Below are positions 24,045 to 31,653 of a DNA stretch of 32,000 nucleotides, piece by piece. How positions within the stretch are numbered: position 1 is the stretch's first letter; each line of letters starts with the position of its first letter. Source of the DNA: Candidatus Scatovivens sp. GTDB taxonomy: Bacteria > Bacillota > Clostridia > TANB77 > CAG-508. The notes under the pieces are model-generated. The model saw only the letters and a list, made by a program, of their open reading frames with translations. It searched no databases and was not told the DNA's origin. The translations under genes and the position numbers were made by a program. The DNA lies in contig JAZRKN010000014.1 of the NCBI GenBank assembly GCA_045646345.1, forward strand, positions 1-32,000. Reading direction: 5' to 3'.

Positions 24045-25634
24045 ATGCTTTTATCAAATGGAGTAACTTTAAGATTTGGAAAAAGAGTACTTTTCGAAGA
24101 TGTTACTATAAAATTTACAAAAGGAAATTGTTATGGTTTGATTGGTGCTAATGGTGCCGGAAAATCTACTTTTTTAAAAATCTTATCAGGAGAAATAGAA
24201 CCTAATAAAGGTGAAGTTATTTTAGACAAAGGTGAAAGACTATCTGTATTAAAACAAGATCACTATGCTTTTGAAGGATATACAGTAATAGATACTGTTA
24301 TGATGGGAAATAGTGAACTTTATAAAATAATGAAAGAAAAAGATGCAATTTACTCAAAACCAGATTTCTCAGAAGAAGATGGAATGAAAGCTGCAAAACT
24401 TGAAGAAAGATTTGCTGAATTGGATGGATGGAACGCTGAATCAGATGCAGCTAAAATGTTAAATGATTTAGGTATTGATGTAGATTTACATTACAAATAT
24501 ATGAGCGAAATTGAAGCTAAAGATAAAGTTAAAGTTCTTTTAGCACAAGCGTTATTTGGAAATCCAGATGTTTTATTATTAGACGAGCCTACAAACGACT
24601 TAGATATTAAAACAATAAATTGGTTACAAGATTTCTTAATGGATTTCGAAAATACTGTAATTGTCGTATCTCACGATAGATATTTCTTAAATAAAGTATG
24701 TACTCATATTGCTGATGTTGACTTTGGAAAAATTAAAGTATATCCAGGAAACTATGACTTCTGGTATGAATCAAGCCAACTTGCATTAAAACAAATGAGA
24801 GATGCAAATAAAAAGAAAGAAGAAAGAATTAAAGAGTTACAAGAATTCATTGCTAGATTTAGTGCTAACGCTTCAAAATCAAAACAAGCTACATCTAGAA
24901 AGAAATCTTTAGAGAAAATTGAACTTGAAGAGATTAAACCTTCAAACAGAAAATATCCTTATATAGATTTTAAACCAGATAGAGAACAAGGAAAAGAAAT
25001 TTTAGAAGTTAAAAATATTTCTAAAACAATAAATGGAGAAAAAATATTAGATAATGTTAGTTTCACTGTAAAAAGAGAAGATAAAATAGCTCTTTTATCA
25101 GATAATGAAATTGCAAAAACTGTTTTATTCCAAATCATTGCTGGAGAAATGGAACCAGATGAAGGTGAATTAGTTTGGGGAACAACAATTACTAAAGATT
25201 ATTTCCCAAAAGATAATAACTATATGTTTGAACAAGATTTAAGTATAACAGATTGGCTACGTCAATATTCAAAAGATCCAGATGAAACATATGTTAGAAG
25301 TTTCTTAGGAAGAATGCTTTTCTCTGGAGAAGAAGCTTTGAAAAAGGTTGCAGTTTTATCAGGAGGAGAGAAAGTAAGATGTGTTCTTTCAAAATTAATG
25401 CTTTCAGGAGCAAACTTCTTAATTTTTGATGAACCAACAAACCACTTAGATATGGAATCAATTACAGCGTTAAATGATGGTATGACAAAATATAAAGGAA
25501 TAATGATGTTTACATCTCATGACCACCAATTAACACAAACTGTAGCAAACAAAATTATAGATATAACAGATAATAATGTAGTTGTAAGAGAATGTACTTA
25601 TGACGAATACTTAGAAGAACAAGAAAATAAATAG
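24045..25634 (+). CDS. ABC-F family ATPase (YbiT/YkpA-like, ribosome-associated type)
   Basis: It has two ABC domains and no TM segment. NBD1 shows GANGAGKST, the Q-loop and LLLDEPTNDLD. A Lys/Glu-rich linker follows. NBD2 shows LSGGEKVR and LIFDEPTNHLD. The ATG at 24045 lies 9 nt after AGGAGG, whereas the ORF-track ATG at 24015 would precede the predicted transcription start. Confidence 0.9.
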   Translation: MLLSNGVTLRFGKRVLFEDVTIKFTKGNCYGLIGANGAGKSTFLKILSGEIEPNKGEVILDKGERLSVLKQDHYAFEGYTVIDTVMMGNSELYKIMKEKDAIYSKPDFSEEDGMKAAKLEERFAELDGWNAESDAAKMLNDLGIDVDLHYKYMSEIEAKDKVKVLLAQALFGNPDVLLLDEPTNDLDIKTINWLQDFLMDFENTVIVVSHDRYFLNKVCTHIADVDFGKIKVYPGNYDFWYESSQLALKQMRDANKKKEERIKELQEFIARFSANASKSKQATSRKKSLEKIELEEIKPSNRKYPYIDFKPDREQGKEILEVKNISKTINGEKILDNVSFTVKREDKIALLSDNEIAKTVLFQIIAGEMEPDEGELVWGTTITKDYFPKDNNYMFEQDLSITDWLRQYSKDPDETYVRSFLGRMLFSGEEALKKVAVLSGGEKVRCVLSKLMLSGANFLIFDEPTNHLDMESITALNDGMTKYKGIMMFTSHDHQLTQTVANKIIDITDNNVVVRECTYDEYLEEQENK

Positions 25635-25644
25635 TAAATATTAA

Positions 25645-25676
25645 AAACTGATTAGAGTATTCTAATCAGTTTTTTA
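25645..25676 (+). terminator. Rho-independent terminator of the ABC-F gene
   Basis: AAACTGATTAGA / TCTAATCAGTTT 12-bp stem with a 4-nt loop, followed by a T-run. Confidence 0.8.
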
Positions 25677-25717
25677 TTAATTAAATATAAAATGTAAAGT
25701 GTTTCAAAAACAATCAC

Positions 25718-25746
25718 TTGTAAATTATGTAAACACGTGATATAAT
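25718..25746 (+). promoter_or_regulatory. Sigma-A promoter of the 126-aa orphan gene
   Basis: TTGTAA (25718-25723), 17 nt, TATAAT (25741-25746). Direct repeats GTAAACACGT (25729-25738) and GTAACACGT (25755-25763) bracket the -10 box. Confidence 0.55.
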
Positions 25747-25798
25747 ATTGAACAGTAACACGTTGTTTAGCTCATCAGAAAGCAAAGAGGTATAGAAA

Positions 25799-26179
25799 AT
25801 GATGAACAAAACAGAATTCTTAAAAGTAGCAATTAAAACATCAAAAAGGGACTATGGTAAAACCGTGTTAAACAAAGTCTACAACAAACGTAATAAAAAA
25901 CAGTTTGTAAGAGATTTTGTTATAAGTCTCTGGGGATTTTCAACAATATCTAGAGAAAAATCATATGGAGAAGAGTATGATAACGATGCAATTTTAATTG
26001 AAGAAGCAGGTGGATACTATGAACATGTGATTGTTGAAAAAGTGGCAGCAGAAAATAAGCAAAGGGTAAGAGAAGGGTATTTTGTAAAAATGTATACTGA
26101 CGAAGTAACTTACACCTGTAAGGGCTATGAAGTAAAGGAGGAAGTATTAGTAGTTGTTCCTAAAGTGCCTTTTTTCTAA
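25799..26179 (+). CDS. Hypothetical 126-aa protein
   Basis: It has an AAGAGG RBS and its own promoter and terminator. No recognisable family. Confidence 0.65.
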   Translation: MMNKTEFLKVAIKTSKRDYGKTVLNKVYNKRNKKQFVRDFVISLWGFSTISREKSYGEEYDNDAILIEEAGGYYEHVIVEKVAAENKQRVREGYFVKMYTDEVTYTCKGYEVKEEVLVVVPKVPFF

Positions 26180-26210
26180 GAGTAGGAAACTGTAAAAATA
26201 ATTTTTTATT

Positions 26211-26233
26211 GACTGGCGAATGCCAGTCTTTTT
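26211..26233 (+). terminator. Rho-independent terminator
   Basis: GACTGGC-GAAT-GCCAGTC followed by TTTTT. Confidence 0.75.
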
Positions 26234-26284
26234 CCTTTTTAAAACTAAGCAATAATTGTACTTAGACTCAGAAAGGTGTGAATA

Positions 26285-26313
26285 TTGATAAGTAGAAGAA
26301 AATATGATATAAT
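26285..26313 (+). promoter_or_regulatory. Sigma-A promoter of the GC-rich membrane-protein gene
   Basis: TTGATA (26285-26290), 17 nt, TATAAT (26308-26313), preceded by TGa. The TTG 'start' in the ORF track at 26285 is this -35 box. Confidence 0.6.
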
Positions 26314-26347
26314 TTATGTATACTTTTTAAAAGGAGTTGACCTTTTT

Positions 26348-26674
26348 ATGTACATGAACCATATCGTAAAGCGGGCAATTAGCAATATCTGGAAAAATAC
26401 CAAGGTAAACCTGAAGAAAGGCTTTTTCGGTGCTCTCGAGAGCACGAAGTATACCTTGGGTCTGGCGTATGTCGGATACTTCGTTGGAGCAATCCCGGTG
26501 ATGATGCTGGTTAACCTGTTTGGTCTTTTGACCACGGGCCAGGTATATCCGGTTGATCTGCACAAGGAAGTCATTCTGCCGGCACTGTTTTTCATCATTC
26601 TGGCAATTACCCTAGTTGGGTGGTTCTACAAAGAGCTCGATATCGCAGTGGCTGAACTGGCTGAAGAGAGCTAA
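26348..26674 (+). CDS. Hypothetical 108-aa membrane protein with two predicted TM helices, compositionally foreign
   Basis: The ATG at 26348 lies 11 nt after AAGGAG. Hydrophobic segments are LGLAYVGYFVGAIPVMMLVNLFGLL and ILPALFFIILAITLVGWF. G+C counts 30/60 in 26461-26520, and CTG/CCG/GGC codons are frequent, unlike neighbouring genes. Confidence 0.65.
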   Translation: MYMNHIVKRAISNIWKNTKVNLKKGFFGALESTKYTLGLAYVGYFVGAIPVMMLVNLFGLLTTGQVYPVDLHKEVILPALFFIILAITLVGWFYKELDIAVAELAEES

Positions 26675-26678
26675 AAAA

Positions 26679-26719
26679 GAGTCTGGGAACATAGTTTTGT
26701 TCTCAGGCTCAATTTTTTT
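26679..26719 (+). terminator. Rho-independent terminator
   Basis: GAGTCTGGGAAC / GTTCTCAGGCTC 12-bp stem including two G-U pairs, followed by AATTTTTTT. Confidence 0.75.
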
Positions 26720-26839
26720 ATAAATATTTATATAATACTAAAATATAATACAAAAAGAATTGATTATATGATAGAATTATTTTGAAAATATAAAAGAAAG
26801 GTTATATTGGCTAAAGTCTAATATATAGGTGAAAAATAT

Positions 26840-27892
26840 ATGTCTATTGCTTTTTCAGACTTTATTGGTCAGCTACTTAATAACCCAAGTTTATGCATTA
26901 TAACAGTTTTAATTTCTGGTGTTATTTTGGTAAATGGTTGGACAGATGCACCAAATGCTATTGCAACATGTGTATCTACAAGATGTTTGTCTCCAAAAAA
27001 ATCTATTATTATGGCAGCAATATTTAATTTTTTAGGAGTTTTTACAATGACTCTAATAAATTCTACTGTTGCTCAAACAATTTATAATATAGTAGATTTT
27101 GGAAATGATGCTACATCTGCTTTAACAGCACTTTCTGCAGCATTGGTTGCGATTGTTACATGGGCTATTTTTGCCTGGCTTTTTGGAATTCCAACAAGTG
27201 AATCCCATGCATTAATTGCAGGTCTTTCTGGTTCTGCTATAGCAATTCAAGGTGGAATTGCAGGAATAAATGGAGCAGAATGGATGAAAGTATTATATGG
27301 TATTGTAATTTCAACAATTTTAGGTTTTGGGATGGGATATGGAATTACCAAGATAATAGAAACAATTTGCAAAAACATTGATAGAAGAAAAACAACAAAG
27401 TTTTTCAAAGGTACTCAAATTGTTGGAGGTGCTTCAATGGCATTTATGCATGGAGCGCAAGATGGTCAAAAATTTATGGGAGTATTTTTATTAGGAGTTG
27501 CACTAGCAAATGGAAATGCAGGAGCTAGTACATTTGCAATTCCGATTTGGCTTATGTTATATTGCTCATTTTTAATGACGCTTGGAACTTCAATTGGTGG
27601 TTATAAAATAATAAAAACAGTAGGAATGAAAATGACAAAACTTGAAGTTTATCAAGGGGCTTCAGCAGATATTGCAGGAGCTGGATGCTTACTTATTTCC
27701 TCAGTCTTTGGTGTTCCAGTAAGTACAACTCATACAAAAACAACTGCAATAATGGGAGTGGGTGCTTCTAAAAGATTATCAAATGTAAATTGGGGAGTAG
27801 TTAAAGAAATGGTTTGGGCATGGATATTAACATTCCCAGGATGTGGATTTTTAGGATATTTAGCAACGTTAATATTTATGAGAATTTTCTAA
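26840..27892 (+). CDS. pit: Inorganic phosphate transporter, PiT family
   Basis: 350 aa and polytopic. The PHO4 signatures GWTDAPNAIAT and HGAQDGQKFMG are present. Confidence 0.9.
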   Translation: MSIAFSDFIGQLLNNPSLCIITVLISGVILVNGWTDAPNAIATCVSTRCLSPKKSIIMAAIFNFLGVFTMTLINSTVAQTIYNIVDFGNDATSALTALSAALVAIVTWAIFAWLFGIPTSESHALIAGLSGSAIAIQGGIAGINGAEWMKVLYGIVISTILGFGMGYGITKIIETICKNIDRRKTTKFFKGTQIVGGASMAFMHGAQDGQKFMGVFLLGVALANGNAGASTFAIPIWLMLYCSFLMTLGTSIGGYKIIKTVGMKMTKLEVYQGASADIAGAGCLLISSVFGVPVSTTHTKTTAIMGVGASKRLSNVNWGVVKEMVWAWILTFPGCGFLGYLATLIFMRIF

Positions 27893-27944
27893 AATAAAAT
27901 TAATAATACGTATCACAAAAATAGATTGTGGAAAGGATATAAAT

Positions 27945-28571
27945 ATGAGAAAGAAAAAAGAAGAATATAATTATTTTGAAGAATTTGCTAATAATTCAAA
28001 ATATATAGTAGAATCAGCAGAAATTTTAAAAGAGACACTTGGAAACTATAGCCAAGAAAAATTAAAAGAAAATATAACTAGAGTTCACAAACTAGAAAAC
28101 GATGCAGATAAAGCGCTTCATAGAATGAGAGAATATCTTATCAAAGATTTTTTACCACCAATAGATAGAGAAGATATTGTTTTAATAGGACACAGATTAG
28201 ATGATATAGAAGATTATATTGATGAAATATTAATTAACTTAAATATTTTGGATATTTCTACAGTAAGAAATGATGCACTTGAATTCACAGACCTTTTAAT
28301 AGAGTGTGCTCATTCGGTTAAAGATGCATTAGAAAATTTTAAAAATTTCAAAAAGGCAGATATTGTAAAAGAAAAATCTATAGCAATTAATGTTCTAGAA
28401 GAAAAAGCAGATAGATTATATGAAAAAGCAATGAAAAACTTATATAAGGAAGAGAAAAATCCAATTGAAATAATAAAATGGACGACTATATATAATTGCT
28501 TAGAAAACACAACAGATGCATGTGAAAGAGTGGCAGATTGCTTAGAAGATATAGTAATGAAAAATTCATAG
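27945..28571 (+). CDS. DUF47 family protein (PhoU-like phosphate transport regulator, YkaA-like)
   Basis: 208 aa and all-helical. It shows repeated PhoU-like D..D/E motifs (ENDADKALHRM, EEKADRLYEKA) and is adjacent to pit, as is typical for this family. Confidence 0.8.
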   Translation: MRKKKEEYNYFEEFANNSKYIVESAEILKETLGNYSQEKLKENITRVHKLENDADKALHRMREYLIKDFLPPIDREDIVLIGHRLDDIEDYIDEILINLNILDISTVRNDALEFTDLLIECAHSVKDALENFKNFKKADIVKEKSIAINVLEEKADRLYEKAMKNLYKEEKNPIEIIKWTTIYNCLENTTDACERVADCLEDIVMKNS

Positions 28572-28580
28572 TAAATGAAA

Positions 28581-28608
28581 AGAAGTCTTTTTAAAAGACT
28601 TCTTTTTT
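28581..28608 (+). terminator. Rho-independent terminator
   Basis: AGAAGTCTTT-TTA-AAAGACTTCT followed by TTTTT. Confidence 0.8.
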
Positions 28609-28609
28609 C

Positions 28610-28638
28610 TTGACAATGAATTTCTAAAAAGATAAAAT
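28610..28638 (+). promoter_or_regulatory. Sigma-A promoter of tex
   Basis: TTGACA (28610-28615), 17 nt, TAAAAT (28633-28638). Confidence 0.6.
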
Positions 28639-28671
28639 CAATAAGGTAAAAAATAGAAAAGAGGTAAAGAA

Positions 28672-30825
28672 GTGGACAAAATTTTTAAGAAAATAGCAGA
28701 AGAATTAAGCATAAGAGAATCTCAAGTTGAAGCTACTGTTAAACTTATAGATGAAGGAAATACAATACCATTTATTGCTCGTTATAGAAAAGAAGTAACA
28801 GGAAATTTAAGTGACGAAACTTTAAGAGATTTAGGAGAAAGATTAACATATCTTAGAAACTTAGAAAAGAGAAAAGAAGAAATAATAAGATTAATAGATG
28901 AACAAGGAAAACTAACAGATGAACTTACAATAAAAATTGCAAGTACAATGGTTTTATCTGAACTTGAAGATATCTACAGACCTTATAAACCTAAAAAAAG
29001 AACAAGAGCAACTATAGCAAAAGAAAAAGGATTAGAACCTTTGGCTAATATTATTTATCTTCAACAAGAAAAAAATGATATTTATGAAGTTGCAAAAGAA
29101 TATATAAATGAAGAAAAAGAAGTAAATACAGCAGAAGATGCAATTGTAGGGGCATTAGACATAATAGCTGAAAATATTGCTGACGATGCAGATTATAGAA
29201 AGAAAATTAAATCTTTCTGTTTTAGAGAAGCGGTTATAACAAGCAAAGCCTCTAAAGAGGAAGAAAAATCTGCTTATGAAATGTATTATGATTTTAAAGA
29301 ACCAATTTTAAAAATACCAAGTCATAGAATATTAGCTATAAACAGGGGAGAGAATGAAGAATTCTTAAAAGTAAAAGTGGAAAAACCGGAAGAAAAAATC
29401 TTAGATTATTTGAAAAAACAAATTATTAGAGATTTCAAAAGTCAATTTAATGAACCTTTAACAACTGCAATAGAAGATTCTTATAAAAGATTAATTGAAC
29501 CATCTATTGAAAGAGAAATTAGAAGTGATTTAACAGAACGTTCAGAAGAACAAGCTATAAAAGTATTTGGTAAAAATGCAAAACAACTTTTACTTCAACC
29601 ACCAATTAAAGAGATGACTGTTATGGGATTTGACCCAGCTTATAGAACTGGGTGTAAAATAGCTGTAATTGATAAAACAGGAAAACTTTTAGATACTACA
29701 ACAGTATATCCAACAGAGCCTCAAAATGATGTTGAAGGTGCAAAAAAGGTATTAAAAGAATTAATTAAAAAACACAAAATAAATATGATTGCTATAGGAA
29801 ATGGAACTGCATCTAGAGAATCTGAAAGTTTTGTATCTAATATGATAAAAGAAATAGATTCAGAACTTTATTATGCAATAGTAAGTGAAGCAGGAGCATC
29901 TGTATATTCAGCATCAAAACTTGCAACTGAAGAATATCCAGATATAAATGTTTCTTTAAGAGGAGCGATTTCAATTGCAAGAAGATTACAAGATCCACTT
30001 TCAGAACTTGTAAAAATAGATCCTAAAGCAATTGGGGTTGGACAATATCAACATGATGTTAATCAAAAGAAATTATCAGAAAGTTTAACAGGTGTTGTTG
30101 AAGATGCAGTTAACTCTGTAGGTGTTGATGTTAATACTGCTACTCCATCATTATTATCTTATGTTTCTGGAATTAATAGCACAATTGCTAAAAACATTGT
30201 AAAATTTAGAGATGAAAATGGTGAAATTAAACAAAGAAAAGATCTATTAAAAGTTCCAAAACTTGGACCAACAGCATATAAACAATGTGCAGGATTTATT
30301 CGTATATTTAATGGTAAAAACCCATTAGAAGTTACAGCAGTTCACCCAGAAAGTTATGATGTTGCTGAAAAGTTATTAACAAAATTGGGATATTCTGTGG
30401 ATTCTTTGGTGCAAAAATCAAGTCTAGAGACTTTAAGAAATGACTTATCTAAAGTTGACGTTGTTAAAATGTCAGATGAACTTGGAGTTGGTGGTTTAAC
30501 ATTAAAAGATATTATAGATGAACTTTCAAAACCAGGTAGAGATCCAAGAGAAGACTTACCAAAACCAATTTTAAGAAGTGATGTATTAAAATTTGAAGAT
30601 TTACAAGAGGGAATGGAACTTACAGGAACTGTTAGAAATGTAATAGATTTTGGAGCATTCGTTGATGTTGGAGTTAAACATGATGGATTAGTTCACATAT
30701 CAGAAATGGCAGATAGATACATTAAAAATCCTTCAGAAGTAGTTTCAGTAGGGGATATAGTTAAAGTTAAAGTAATAGGTATAGATAGAGTAAAACAAAA
30801 GGTTAGTTTATCAATGAAAATATAA
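28672..30825 (+). CDS. tex: Tex-like transcription accessory / S1 RNA-binding protein
   Basis: 717 aa with a GTG start after AGAGG. It has N-terminal IPFIARYRKE, a YqgF/RuvC-like core, a helix-hairpin-helix region and a C-terminal S1 domain (GTVRNVIDFGAFVDVGVKHDGLVHISE). Confidence 0.93.
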   Translation: MDKIFKKIAEELSIRESQVEATVKLIDEGNTIPFIARYRKEVTGNLSDETLRDLGERLTYLRNLEKRKEEIIRLIDEQGKLTDELTIKIASTMVLSELEDIYRPYKPKKRTRATIAKEKGLEPLANIIYLQQEKNDIYEVAKEYINEEKEVNTAEDAIVGALDIIAENIADDADYRKKIKSFCFREAVITSKASKEEEKSAYEMYYDFKEPILKIPSHRILAINRGENEEFLKVKVEKPEEKILDYLKKQIIRDFKSQFNEPLTTAIEDSYKRLIEPSIEREIRSDLTERSEEQAIKVFGKNAKQLLLQPPIKEMTVMGFDPAYRTGCKIAVIDKTGKLLDTTTVYPTEPQNDVEGAKKVLKELIKKHKINMIAIGNGTASRESESFVSNMIKEIDSELYYAIVSEAGASVYSASKLATEEYPDINVSLRGAISIARRLQDPLSELVKIDPKAIGVGQYQHDVNQKKLSESLTGVVEDAVNSVGVDVNTATPSLLSYVSGINSTIAKNIVKFRDENGEIKQRKDLLKVPKLGPTAYKQCAGFIRIFNGKNPLEVTAVHPESYDVAEKLLTKLGYSVDSLVQKSSLETLRNDLSKVDVVKMSDELGVGGLTLKDIIDELSKPGRDPREDLPKPILRSDVLKFEDLQEGMELTGTVRNVIDFGAFVDVGVKHDGLVHISEMADRYIKNPSEVVSVGDIVKVKVIGIDRVKQKVSLSMKI

Positions 30826-30838
30826 ATGATGTATGAAA

Positions 30839-30869
30839 AGGATTAAAGCATTTGCTTTAATCCTTTTTT
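30839..30869 (+). terminator. Rho-independent terminator of tex
   Basis: AGGATTAAAGC-ATTT-GCTTTAATCCT followed by TTTTT. Confidence 0.8.
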
Positions 30870-30886
30870 GTACCGATAATTCAAAA

Positions 30887-30915
30887 TTGACTTTTTATGT
30901 AAATCATGCTATAAT
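30887..30915 (+). promoter_or_regulatory. Sigma-A promoter of the GC-rich orphan gene
   Basis: TTGACT (30887-30892), 17 nt, TATAAT (30910-30915), with TGc directly upstream of the -10 (extended -10). Confidence 0.65.
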
Positions 30916-30960
30916 AAAGTATACGCTTATAAACCTGTATACATGATAAGGAGGGCTACT

Positions 30961-31542
30961 ATGCCGAGAATGATGAAGAGAAAGATTTCCGCCCACGAAG
31001 CAATGTCCATGTATCTGGAGGAAAAGGAGCTCATGATGAGCAACCTGCCGATGGATTCCGAGCGCATCAAGCGCGAGATCGAGGAGTGCTATGCACTGTA
31101 CAACCAGGATCTTATGCTCACCGGTTTGACCGAGTGTGATGTGGAACTGGATGAGGACGTGGCTTGGGCTGCGTATTTCTGGGCCGTCAACAATGAGCTG
31201 ATCGACGAGCAGTCTACCGAGGAGGAGACCCGTGAGGCTATCCGTGCTTACTTTGAGGAGCTGGATGCTGAGGATGATCCCGAGGAAGAGAATGCTCCGC
31301 TCAAGGACATGAAGGCTGCTGATCGCCGTAAGAAGGATGCCCGTCATAAGAAGCGCGTTCGTCGCAACGCTATCAACGCTATGCGTAACAATGGTAAGCG
31401 TGGCGAGGACGACCAGATGGGTTCTTCCTGTCGTGGCGGTGTGATCGTTAAGGATCCTAAGAGCCTGACTGCGAAGACGGACGAGGTATGGAAGCGTGCT
31501 GAGAAGATGAAGTTGGTGGATGACACCACCGTTGTCGACTAA
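30961..31542 (+). CDS. Hypothetical 193-aa protein with an acidic N-terminal half and a basic Arg/Lys-rich C-terminal half, compositionally foreign
   Basis: The ATG at 30961 lies 6 nt after AAGGAGG. Three-base periodicity is strong (GAG/GAT/GCT/CGT/AAG codons). G+C counts 34/60 in 31201-31260, against 11/60 in a tex line (29401-29460). No recognisable family. Confidence 0.7.
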   Translation: MPRMMKRKISAHEAMSMYLEEKELMMSNLPMDSERIKREIEECYALYNQDLMLTGLTECDVELDEDVAWAAYFWAVNNELIDEQSTEEETREAIRAYFEELDAEDDPEEENAPLKDMKAADRRKKDARHKKRVRRNAINAMRNNGKRGEDDQMGSSCRGGVIVKDPKSLTAKTDEVWKRAEKMKLVDDTTVVD

Positions 31543-31565
31543 CATAAATCTCTGCATAATCCTTT

Positions 31566-31602
31566 GAGGTGTGCTCCGAAAGGAGCCACCTCTTTCTTTT
31601 TT
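31566..31602 (+). terminator. GC-rich Rho-independent terminator of the orphan gene
   Basis: GAGGTGTGCTCC-GAAA-GGAGCCACCTC forms 11 bp with one bulge, followed by TTTCTTTTTT. Confidence 0.75.
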
Positions 31603-31610
31603 CAAATAAA

Positions 31611-31645
31611 AACACTATATTGAAGAAATACTTCAATATAGTGTT
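31611..31645. terminator. Terminator of the MBL-fold hydrolase gene, potentially bidirectional
   Basis: Perfect 15-bp stem AACACTATATTGAAG / CTTCAATATAGTGTT. TTTATTTG follows on both strands. Confidence 0.8.
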
Positions 31646-31653
31646 TATTTGTT

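Noticed and set aside
26430-26445. A perfect 16-bp palindrome GTGCTCTCGAGAGCAC containing an XhoI site. SacI and EcoRV sites lie at about 26634-26645 in the same small GC-rich gene, which could hint at engineered DNA.
   Set aside because: One zero-spacer palindrome with 8-bp arms is roughly what chance predicts in 32 kb. Three 6-bp sites in 330 bp of about 50% G+C DNA are not statistically compelling.
6461-28510. Other short overlapping ORFs in the track: 6461-6664, 6845-7060, 9363-9599, 10369-10593, 12198-12395, 14093-14380, 14740-14973, 16033-16410, 18232-18426, 21723-21911, 21804-22040, 26314-26598, 26327-26563 and 28310-28510.
   Set aside because: All lie inside, and antisense or out of frame to, well-supported longer genes. 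They lack RBS and promoter signals and have the biased composition typical of shadow frames.
30904-31605. A 233-aa ORF on the minus strand, longer than the plus-strand ORF it overlaps.
   Set aside because: It is the antisense shadow of a GC-rich coding region, where stop codons are rare. It has no RBS or promoter, and its product is Leu/Arg/Ser/Thr-rich as expected for antisense translation. The plus-strand frame shows clear codon periodicity, a perfect RBS and a promoter. The same reasoning applies to 31344-31529.
30943-31605. The idea that the GC-rich island is a large structured non-coding RNA, as GC-rich islands in AT-rich genomes often are.
   Set aside because: Strong three-base periodicity, a consistent preference for GAG/GAT/GCT/CGT/AAG codons, and an AAGGAGG-6 nt-ATG start argue for a protein-coding gene. 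Apart from the terminator, I saw no extended helices.
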